From NCBI GenBank assembly GCA_041946735.1, contig JBHGAY010000002.1:192001-256000 (forward strand): a stretch of DNA of 64,000 nucleotides, read 5' to 3'. This DNA is from Candidatus Eiseniibacteriota bacterium (lineage in GTDB: Bacteria > Eisenbacteria > RBG-16-71-46 > CAIMUX01 > VGJL01). The notes under the pieces were generated by a model. The model had not been told where the DNA came from. It was given only the letters and a program-made list of their open reading frames with translations, and did no database searches. Made by a program: the position numbers and the translations under genes. Below, piece by piece: positions 38,775 to 46,823 of the stretch. Numbering within the stretch: the stretch's first letter is position 1; each line of letters begins with the position of its first letter.

Positions 38775-41120
38775 ATGAGCCCGAGCGAACCGAAGTCCCA
38801 GGCCGCGCGGTACCCCTACGACCGGTGGAACAAGGTCGCCGACCTGGTGGACGAGTGCATCGACATGATGCTGAACTTCCGCCAGAGCGGCCATCCAGGG
38901 GGATCGCGCTCGAAGGTGCATGCGCTTCTCGCCACGCTCCTCGGCGACGTGATGCGCTGGGACGCCCGCCGTCCGGAGAAGCGCTTCGCCGACCGGTTCG
39001 TTCTCGTCGCCGGCCACACCGCGCCGCTCGTCTACGCGACCCTGCCGGTTCTCAACGAGGCCCTGCGCGTGAAGCACCGCCAGACGGGTGACGACCGCTA
39101 CGCGATCGCGGACGAGGAGCACCGCGCCCTGTACTGGGAGGAGCTGCTCCGCTTCCGCCGCCGCGGCGGCCTGCCGGGACACGCCGAGATGGAAGGCAAG
39201 ACGCTCTTCTTCAAGTTCAACACCGGTCCGTCCGGGCACGGCAGTCCGGCGGCCGCAGGAGAAGCGACGGCGTTGAAGCTCGCCGGGGCCCCCGAAGTCC
39301 GCGTCTTCGCCTTCGAGGGAGAGGGAGGGCTGACCGCGGGCGCGTCTCACGAGACGAAGAACACCGCCTGGGGCCTCGGTCTTGGAAACCTGCTGTACGT
39401 GGTCGACTGGAACGACTTCGGAATCGACGACCATCCGGTCTCGAGCGTGATCCACGGCGATCCGGAAGCCTGGTTCGCTCCCTACGGCTGGCGCGTCCTC
39501 GGGACGGATCACGGGAGCGACTTCGCTCACGTCCATCCGGTTCTGCGGGAAGCGGTGGGCGGAGGCGATCCGAACATCCCGACGATGGTGTGGGTGAAGA
39601 CGAGGAAGGGACGCGGCTACCTCAAGTACGACTACAAGAGCCATGGGACTCCTCACCCGCCGAATCACGAGCTGTACTGGGAGATCCGCCGCGGGTTCGC
39701 CGAGAAGTACGGAGTCGACTTCGAGGGGTTCGGCCTGCCCGCGCCGAAGGACCCGGAGGAGTTTCGCCGCCAGGCGGAGGTCAACCTCCGCAAGGTGATC
39801 GAGGTCCTCCATCGCGACCAGGAGCTGGTCGACTACCTCGCCGACACCCTCGTCCGTATCGGGGACTCGGTCCCCCAACGGATCGAGGGCTTCCGGCTCG
39901 ACGGCCGGCATTCGCCCGTCCGGGATCCGATCGTGACCGACTACCGCTCCTATCCGGCCTCGCTGTGGGCCACGCCCGGCGAGAAGCAACCGAACCGCGC
40001 AGCGCTCGGCAAGTGGGGGGCGTGGGTGAACTCCCATTCGCACCGCAAATACGGCCGGCCCCTGTTCCTGGCCATGTCGGCCGACCTCGCCGGCTCGACG
40101 AACGTCGCGGGCTTCGGCGAAGGGTGGGAGGGCGAGCCCGGCTTCGGCAAGTACGGGTGCCGCGACAATCCCGAAGGGTGCCTGCTCCCTCAGCAGATCA
40201 CGGAGTTCACCAACGCAGGGATGACGGTCGGCATCGCCTCGGTGAACATGAGCGAGAAGCCGTACGAGGAGTTCGAGGGATTCTACGCAGCCTGCTCGAC
40301 CTACGGCAGCTTCTCGTACCTGAAGTACGGGCCGATGCGGCTCTTCAGCCAGCTCGCGCAGGACTGCCCGCTCCGCGTCGGGAAGGTCCTGTGGGTAGCC
40401 GGGCACTCCGGACCGGAGACGGCCGACGACAGCCGGACGCACTTCGGAATCTTCGCCCCCGGCGTGACGCAGCTCTTCCCCGACGGCCACGTCTGCGATC
40501 TGCATCCCTGGGAGCACAACGAGGTGCCGGTCGTGATCGCCGCCGGGCTCGCCTCGCGGGCGCCGATCCTCGCCCTGCACCTGACGCGCCCCGCCATCCC
40601 CATTCCGGACCGCCAGGCGCTCGGAATCGCCCACCACTTCGAAGCCGCTCGCGGGGCCTATCTCCTGCGGGACTATGCGCCGGGCAAGAAGCCGATGGGA
40701 TGCATCCTCGTCCAGGGGACGATGACCACGCACAACGTCCTGCAGATCCTGCCCCAGCTCGATCGCGAGGGATTGAACGTCAAGCTCGTCGCCGCGATCA
40801 GTCCCCAGCTCTTCGCCTGGCAGAGTCAGGAATACCGGGATCGCATCCTTCCCGAAGAGGACCTCTGGGACTGCACCTTCATCTCCAATCGAAGCCGGAG
40901 GCTGATGTACGACTGGATGCTCCACAAGGGGAGCGCGGAATACGCGATGACCTCCGACTTCGACGACCGGTGGCGCACGGGAGGGACGGTGGACGAGGTG
41001 CTGGAGGAGGCCCATCTCTCGCCGGAGTGGCTTCTTCGCGGGATCGAGCGATTCGTCCGAGACCGCGAGACCCGGCTGGCGAAGCTGCAGGCGGGGATCG
41101 AGAAAGCCCGAAGCCGCTGA
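38775..41120 (+). CDS. Transketolase-family ThDP-dependent enzyme (single chain)
   Basis: SGHPGGS, DRFVLVAGH, LPGHAE, TGPSGHG, ThDP motif GEG...DWN, SADLAGST, HSGPETADDSRTH. Confidence 0.85.
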   Translation: MSPSEPKSQAARYPYDRWNKVADLVDECIDMMLNFRQSGHPGGSRSKVHALLATLLGDVMRWDARRPEKRFADRFVLVAGHTAPLVYATLPVLNEALRVKHRQTGDDRYAIADEEHRALYWEELLRFRRRGGLPGHAEMEGKTLFFKFNTGPSGHGSPAAAGEATALKLAGAPEVRVFAFEGEGGLTAGASHETKNTAWGLGLGNLLYVVDWNDFGIDDHPVSSVIHGDPEAWFAPYGWRVLGTDHGSDFAHVHPVLREAVGGGDPNIPTMVWVKTRKGRGYLKYDYKSHGTPHPPNHELYWEIRRGFAEKYGVDFEGFGLPAPKDPEEFRRQAEVNLRKVIEVLHRDQELVDYLADTLVRIGDSVPQRIEGFRLDGRHSPVRDPIVTDYRSYPASLWATPGEKQPNRAALGKWGAWVNSHSHRKYGRPLFLAMSADLAGSTNVAGFGEGWEGEPGFGKYGCRDNPEGCLLPQQITEFTNAGMTVGIASVNMSEKPYEEFEGFYAACSTYGSFSYLKYGPMRLFSQLAQDCPLRVGKVLWVAGHSGPETADDSRTHFGIFAPGVTQLFPDGHVCDLHPWEHNEVPVVIAAGLASRAPILALHLTRPAIPIPDRQALGIAHHFEAARGAYLLRDYAPGKKPMGCILVQGTMTTHNVLQILPQLDREGLNVKLVAAISPQLFAWQSQEYRDRILPEEDLWDCTFISNRSRRLMYDWMLHKGSAEYAMTSDFDDRWRTGGTVDEVLEEAHLSPEWLLRGIERFVRDRETRLAKLQAGIEKARSR

Positions 41121-41458
41121 CCTGACCGTCGCGCCGGCAGGATGGGGGTGAGGCCAAGGGGGCTCCCGCTCTCCCACCGCCCGTCGGCCCGGGGCCGCCA
41201 GCGAGGCGGCCCCGCCCCGCCGGCCGCTGTCTCCCCCTCGCTGGCCGCCAGGCCAGCCTCTCGTTCGTCCCTGTCTCTCCTGCGCGCCCCTGCTCGCGAC
41301 CGTTCGCCCCGGTTCAGCCCGGTTCGCCGCCTCGCCTGCTCCACTCCCCCGCTTCCGAATCCCACGCGCGAGGAATATCATCGCGATGCTTCCAACACTC
41401 CCGCCCTAGGTCGCAGGTGCGGACGACATCCATGCAGCCACTGACTGGGGGGGATTCC

Positions 41459-43489
41459 ATGAGATTCTTCTTCGGGCTGATCGTGTGCCTCACGCTCTTC
41501 TCCACCCTCGCTTCCGCGCAGGTTCCGAAGGCGGTCCTCGCCGAGGACGCGACGGCCACGTGGTGCCAGTACTGCCCGGCGGCGTATCAGGGACTCGAGA
41601 TCATGAAGTCCCGGTACGACGCGAACGAATTCGCGGCGATCCGGTACTTCTCGACGTCCGGCTCGCTCGGCTCCTCGGAGACGGACGCTCGCATCAACTA
41701 CTACCAGGTCACCGGATACCCGACGGTCATGTTCGACGGCAGCCAGCGCGTCGTCGGCGGAGGCGCGGTGGTCGCCACCGGCTCCGCTTACGACCCGCTC
41801 GTCTCCGGAGAGCTCGGCGTTCCGTCGCCCTTGAAGATCACGATCGACAGCGCCGATCTCGTCGGTCCCGCCGGCTCCATCAGCTTCCACGTGGAAGTCG
41901 CCGACAACATCGCCGACATCTCCGGGATGAAGATCCGCGGCGCACTGCTCGAAAACGACGTCTACTGGTGCTGCGGGTACGGCGGCGAGGACACATGGGA
42001 AGACGTGACGCGGGACGTGATGCCCGACGTCGCCCTCAGCGTCTCGCAGACAGGCCAGGTCCAGCCCGTCACCCACAACTTCACGATCGATCCCACCTGG
42101 GAGACCCCGCAGCTCTGGATGGTCGTCTGGGTGCAGGACGACACGCACGCGAAGTACATCATCCAGTCGGAGTCCACGCGCCCGAAGCCGGCGTACTCGC
42201 TCCGGTACTGGGCGAAGGGAGATCGTGCGACGATCGGGCCGTCCAACGGCACGTTCGAGTACCAGGACTTCGCCGTGTTCAACATGGGGACCTCCTCGGA
42301 CGTCATCCGGGTCGCACTCGATCCGGGCACGCTCCCGCAGGGCTGGAACGTCTCCTTCTCGGACGGCAACGTCGACTACACCGACTACGTGGATCTGAAC
42401 CTCGCGTCGGGGGAAAGCCGTGTCTTCCATGTGAAGGTGCAGCCGACGAGGCCGGGATACGCTTCGCCGGCCATCGTCCTCACGTCGCCGAACCTTCCCG
42501 GAGTCGAGCGCCGGATCGGCTACTCCTACGTGACCGATGACGTGCAGGTGCTCGTCGTCGACGACGACGGCGCCGAAAGCTACGAGGACTACTACGTGGA
42601 CGCCCTGGCCAACTACGGGGCGACGTTCGGGGTGTGGAACCGCAACTTCGCCGCGTTGAGCGGCGCGCAGCTGCAGAACTTCCCGGTCGTCTTCTGGGAG
42701 ATCGGCCTGTCCTACCCGACCCTGACCGACACCGATCGCGCGGCGCTCTCGGCCTTCCTGGATGGCGGCGGCAAGCTCTTCATCAACGGGCAGGATCTCG
42801 GCTGGGAGATGAACGACAACGGCGGCCAGTCGCTGCTCTGGTACCACAATTACCTGCACGCCGGTTACTACGCGGACGACACGAATCGCTACAACCTGAC
42901 CGGCGTCGCCGGCGATCCGATCTCCGACGGCATGACGCTGGTGATCCAGGGCGGCGATGGAGCGAACAACCAGGAGTATCCGGACGCGATCAACCCGTTC
43001 GACGCCTACGCGACGTCGATCTTCAGCTACGACGGCTATGCTCCGGCGAAGGCCGCTCTGAAGGTCGACACGGGTGTCTATCGCGTCGTCTATCTCGGCT
43101 TCGGCTACGAGGCGATCAGCACCCAGGCGAATCGGCGGCTGCTCGTGGAGCGGATCCTCGGGTGGTTCGGCGTGACTCCGATGGATGTCGGCGATCCGAT
43201 CGATGCGGCGCAGTCCTTTGGAGTCCAGGCCTTCCCGAACCCGGTCCACGCGGGGACGACCTTGAGCTACCAGCTCCCGTCCTCCGGACCGGTTCGGATC
43301 GGGATCTACGACCTCGACGGCTCGCTCGTCCGCGAGCTGGCCGCTCCGGCGCAGGACGCTGGAAAGCACACGCTCTACTGGGACGGCCGGAACAGCTCGG
43401 GGAACCCCGTCGCCTCCGGCGTCTACTTCTATCGCCTGCATGCGAATGGCATGGAGACGCCGGCAGGAAAGCTGATCCTGACCCGGTGA
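41459..43489 (+). CDS. Secreted Omp28-related (thioredoxin-like CxxC) protein with C-terminal FlgD-Ig/T9SS-like domain
   Basis: Signal peptide; EDATATWCQYCP, GYPTVMFDG; VLVVDDD domain; PNP...IYDLDGSLVREL...WDGRNSSGNPVASGVYFYRL. Confidence 0.82.
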   Translation: MRFFFGLIVCLTLFSTLASAQVPKAVLAEDATATWCQYCPAAYQGLEIMKSRYDANEFAAIRYFSTSGSLGSSETDARINYYQVTGYPTVMFDGSQRVVGGGAVVATGSAYDPLVSGELGVPSPLKITIDSADLVGPAGSISFHVEVADNIADISGMKIRGALLENDVYWCCGYGGEDTWEDVTRDVMPDVALSVSQTGQVQPVTHNFTIDPTWETPQLWMVVWVQDDTHAKYIIQSESTRPKPAYSLRYWAKGDRATIGPSNGTFEYQDFAVFNMGTSSDVIRVALDPGTLPQGWNVSFSDGNVDYTDYVDLNLASGESRVFHVKVQPTRPGYASPAIVLTSPNLPGVERRIGYSYVTDDVQVLVVDDDGAESYEDYYVDALANYGATFGVWNRNFAALSGAQLQNFPVVFWEIGLSYPTLTDTDRAALSAFLDGGGKLFINGQDLGWEMNDNGGQSLLWYHNYLHAGYYADDTNRYNLTGVAGDPISDGMTLVIQGGDGANNQEYPDAINPFDAYATSIFSYDGYAPAKAALKVDTGVYRVVYLGFGYEAISTQANRRLLVERILGWFGVTPMDVGDPIDAAQSFGVQAFPNPVHAGTTLSYQLPSSGPVRIGIYDLDGSLVRELAAPAQDAGKHTLYWDGRNSSGNPVASGVYFYRLHANGMETPAGKLILTR

Positions 43490-43623
43490 CGATGCTCGGG
43501 AGAGCTTCGAGCTTCGAGCTTCGAGCGGTCGGCGTTCACGTGAACGCCTGATCCTCGGATCGCGTTCTCGGGCGAGTGGCGGGGGGAGCCGGCGGGCTCC
43601 TCCCGCCATTCAACTGTCTCCGC

Positions 43624-44397
43624 TCAGGAGGCGGACGGAAGGCTCTCGAGGACCTGGCGGGCGCGCTCGAGATGGCGTGGATCGAGGCCGGTCGGCGTTG
43701 CTCCGCCGTAGTCGCGAAGCAGGCGGTCGATCGTCTTCGGCGCTCGCCTCGCGAAGTGGATGAGCACGCGCCCGACTCCCTGTCGCACCCAGGGATGCGG
43801 CTCGGGATCCTGCAGGAGCAAGCGGAGGATCGGGAGGGCTCGCGAGGCGGTGACCCCGCGCGATCCACGGGCCCGCCGGGAAGGGAGCAGCGCGAGGGCC
43901 GCAGCCCGCCGCCGGAGCGGATTCGGACTCACCGCCCACAGAGCGTGCTTGCCCATAAACGCCGGATTGCGCGAGATCAGGCGGCCCTGGATCTCGGCGA
44001 GGCGATCGGCCACCCAGGGATGGCGCAGCGACCGCGATTGCGCGGCGGTCGTCTCCAGCGCCCAGTCGGGCCAGAGGTCGGCGATCCTGTCGAGGATCTC
44101 CAGCGCAAGCACCTGCTCGTCGTGGTAGCGGCCCTGCGAAAGGCCGGCCATGACGCGGGCCGCCGTCGCCCGGTTGCCGTTTCGCAGTAGCGCGGCCGCC
44201 GCGCGCGCACCGATGCGGCGAATCGTCCGGCGCGACACCCCGGCGTGCGCGAGTCCCCTGCCGGATCGACGGCTCCTTCCGCCCGCCCGCACGAAGTGCG
44301 CGCGGCGCAGGAGAGCATGCCGCAGGTCCTCGGCATTCCAAGGAAGGCCGGATCCGGAAGCGCGGCGATGGCCGTTCGTTTCTTCCATGGGGGTCAT
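43624..44397 (-). CDS. Divergent DNA alkylation repair (AlkD-like, HEAT) protein
   Basis: W..D.LA, WAVSPNPLRRRAA, LLQD..PWVRQGVGRVL pattern resembles the AlkD family. Confidence 0.55.
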   Translation of the reverse strand: MTPMEETNGHRRASGSGLPWNAEDLRHALLRRAHFVRAGGRSRRSGRGLAHAGVSRRTIRRIGARAAAALLRNGNRATAARVMAGLSQGRYHDEQVLALEILDRIADLWPDWALETTAAQSRSLRHPWVADRLAEIQGRLISRNPAFMGKHALWAVSPNPLRRRAAALALLPSRRARGSRGVTASRALPILRLLLQDPEPHPWVRQGVGRVLIHFARRAPKTIDRLLRDYGGATPTGLDPRHLERARQVLESLPSAS

Positions 44398-44456
44398 TGT
44401 CGCGGATCGAAGAGCGCGATTCCACAGCGGAGCGCGCGCGCGCTCGCCTGTTGCGC

Positions 44457-44500
44457 AAAAAAAGAAGCCGGCCTTCCATCGAGGAAGGCCGACCCCTTTT
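44457..44500 (-). terminator. Intrinsic terminator, probably bidirectional
   Basis: cggccttcc-atcga-ggaaggccg stem, flanked by A7 on the left and T4 on the right; just after the stop at 44517. Confidence 0.85.
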
Positions 44501-44516
44501 CGCTTCTACTACGCGA

Positions 44517-45323
44517 TTAGCGGTAGAGGCCCTTCAGGCTGCCCCAGCTCTTCTCCTGCGTGGCGACAGGGCCGCACAGGGCGAGCAGGTGCTGCATGAC
44601 ACCGGTCAGAGCAGCCGCGTCATCGCAGCCGTACTCGACCGTCGAGAAGGCGGCAGCGTTGAGGACCGATCCGCCCTCGGCCGGACCGTACAGATCCGAG
44701 CTCCACGTCACGAGACCCTGAGACAGCGGATAGATCTCATCCGTGAACCAGGGGTTCGAGGCCATGCACGGGAACATCGAACCGGAGACGCCCTCGAGAG
44801 GACCACCGGCCGTTCCGTCATAGGTCATCGAGCTCGCATCGTTGTAGTTGGCATCTTCGTAGGCGCCCGCGACACCGAGATAGGTCTGCGGGAAGCCCGT
44901 GTAGCTGCCGCGCTGATAGAGGTAGTCCTGGCCGATCACCCACGCGCACTTGCCGGCATCGAGGAACGCAGCGATCTGGTTCTCGTCGCCGGTGAGGAAG
45001 TAACCGCTCCACCACAGGTCGGAGCAGTCAACCGTGAGCGAGGTGTAGCCAGCCGTCGACGGCCAGTTGCCCATCGGGTCGTAGATGAGGTCCACAGGGG
45101 CCTCACCCGCAGCCGTGAGGGCGCTGACATAAGCCGGACCGAGATCGGTGAACGTGCCCGCGATGATCGAGACGACCAGTGCCGAACCCGGGTTCTCCGA
45201 GTCGATCTGGTTGCTGTGCGGCGTGTAGACGCCCTCGATCACCTGGTCGTTCTTCGCGACGTCGCGAGCGACCGCGGTGCCGGCGATCAGAAGAACAGCG
45301 AGAAGCACGAGAACAACGCGCAT
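44517..45323 (-). CDS. Secreted protein with C-terminal PVATQEKSWGSLKGLYR motif
   Basis: Sec signal MRVVLVLLAVLLIAGTAVA; acidic/aromatic mature domain; own promoter and terminator. Confidence 0.85.
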   Translation of the reverse strand: MRVVLVLLAVLLIAGTAVARDVAKNDQVIEGVYTPHSNQIDSENPGSALVVSIIAGTFTDLGPAYVSALTAAGEAPVDLIYDPMGNWPSTAGYTSLTVDCSDLWWSGYFLTGDENQIAAFLDAGKCAWVIGQDYLYQRGSYTGFPQTYLGVAGAYEDANYNDASSMTYDGTAGGPLEGVSGSMFPCMASNPWFTDEIYPLSQGLVTWSSDLYGPAEGGSVLNAAAFSTVEYGCDDAAALTGVMQHLLALCGPVATQEKSWGSLKGLYR

Positions 45324-45459
45324 TTCAAGCCCCTTCCTGACTCGAGACAACCGGATCCTTCTCATGAGCAGGGGACCGGCTTCCCGAGATGATGTGTGAG
45401 TCGTGCGACAAGCACGCCGCTTGCGCGACGAGCCTGCCACCTAGTTCTAGGCGTAATCC

Positions 45460-45488
45460 ATTATAAGGACCCGCCTAGGAAGCGTCAA
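45460..45488 (-). promoter_or_regulatory. Near-consensus sigma70 promoter
   Basis: Minus strand TTGACG, 17 nt, TATAAT; about 135 nt upstream of the ATG at 45323. Confidence 0.85.
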
Positions 45489-45520
45489 CACCGAATACCC
45501 GCGTGGTACAAGCTGACTTA

Positions 45521-46777
45521 TCAGCGACCTCGGCCTTTCTCAGCCTCCCAACGCTGGAATCGTCCGGCCGTTTCCACCGCCCTGCGGACGAGGGCGGTAT
45601 CTTGATCGGCCTTCGCGGCGAAATCCCTTAGCGCGGTGAGCATTCCTTCGTTGCCTGCAGCGAGGCCGAACCGGCTCTCGCGGTCGATCAGCTCGAGCGC
45701 CTGTAGGGACAACGACTTATCGCTACCCAGGAGAGCCGGGATCAGGGTCGGCTCGAGCAGCCGCGTGCAATACCAGAGATCCTGATACCTGCCCAGCTCG
45801 GCGCGATCCGGGATGCTGGACGTGGAGTCACGAATCCCCGTCTGGTCGTCCCCGTATTCCTCGAGCAGGAGGCCAATCGCTCGTGCGTCTCCGGAATACG
45901 CCAGGCCCTGCAGCGCGGCGCGGCGCAGCTCCGCGTCGGTCGTCTCGCGGAAGATGGCGAGGAGGGCGTCGTATGCGGACCCCTTCATCTTCATTCCCGC
46001 GGCGATCAGGAGCCGCCCTGGAGGGGGAACGTCTCCCTTGCGATATTTCGCGAGCTGATCGAGGAGCAACCGGTTCGCACGAGGATCGCGAGACTCCGCC
46101 ATCATGTCGGTCGCGAGCGCCTGCAGCGCGGGACTCGAGCTGCCCGCGTAGGCGCGGATCCGGGTGAGGATCGAGTCCTCCGAAGAAAGGTAAGCGGCCG
46201 CCATCTCGATCTGCGACCGGACGCCGGGCGGGTAGGACGAGTGGTCGGCGAGCGACAGCATCGCGTCGCCGAGGATCCGGCCGTCCTCCGGAGGGAAACT
46301 GTCGCGCTTGGAGGAGACGTAGGCGATCGCCTCCTTATGGCAACCCATCTGGAGGTTCGGGTTGCGGATCAGCGATGCCAGATCCGCAACCGGGAACGGG
46401 GCGAAGCGGAGCTTCGCGCGGACGAGGCCCGAGACGGCGTTGCGCTCCGACTCCTGCTCCGCCGCGATGTCGCAGAATCGAATCAGGTCACTGACGGTGA
46501 TGCCGGTGAGAAGCCGGCCCATCCGGTCCGTGCGCTCTTCGCGCGTCAGGGTCGCCCAGGCTGCGGTCGAGTCCTTCCATGTGGCGAGCAACTCCATGAT
46601 GCCGAGCTTCTGCTCCGTCCCTTGCCCGGCGGCTTGCTCGGGCGCCGCGCGAGACGCGCGACTCGGGAGGCACAGGCCGAGCAGTGCCAGCCCGACGGGA
46701 AAGAGGAACGAGGCGAGAACGGCCGCGGCGCCGAGCCGCGAGCGGGCGGAACCCGAATGCAGGCGGATCGTCTTCAG
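45521..46777 (-). CDS. Exported HEAT-repeat hypothetical protein
   Basis: AAGGAGGAG RBS before an in-frame CTG at 46777, followed by a signal peptide; ELRRAALQGLAYSGDARAI HEAT-like repeat. Start uncertain. Confidence 0.65.
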   Translation of the reverse strand: MKTIRLHSGSARSRLGAAAVLASFLFPVGLALLGLCLPSRASRAAPEQAAGQGTEQKLGIMELLATWKDSTAAWATLTREERTDRMGRLLTGITVSDLIRFCDIAAEQESERNAVSGLVRAKLRFAPFPVADLASLIRNPNLQMGCHKEAIAYVSSKRDSFPPEDGRILGDAMLSLADHSSYPPGVRSQIEMAAAYLSSEDSILTRIRAYAGSSSPALQALATDMMAESRDPRANRLLLDQLAKYRKGDVPPPGRLLIAAGMKMKGSAYDALLAIFRETTDAELRRAALQGLAYSGDARAIGLLLEEYGDDQTGIRDSTSSIPDRAELGRYQDLWYCTRLLEPTLIPALLGSDKSLSLQALELIDRESRFGLAAGNEGMLTALRDFAAKADQDTALVRRAVETAGRFQRWEAEKGRGR

Positions 46778-46823
46778 GGTCTCCTCCTTGCGCCGCGCGC
46801 GGCGCCGTCCCACGATACCATCG

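Noticed and set aside
41550..41585. Selenocysteine recoding in the Omp28 CxxC motif
   Set aside because: Both residues are TGC codons; there is no in-frame TGA.
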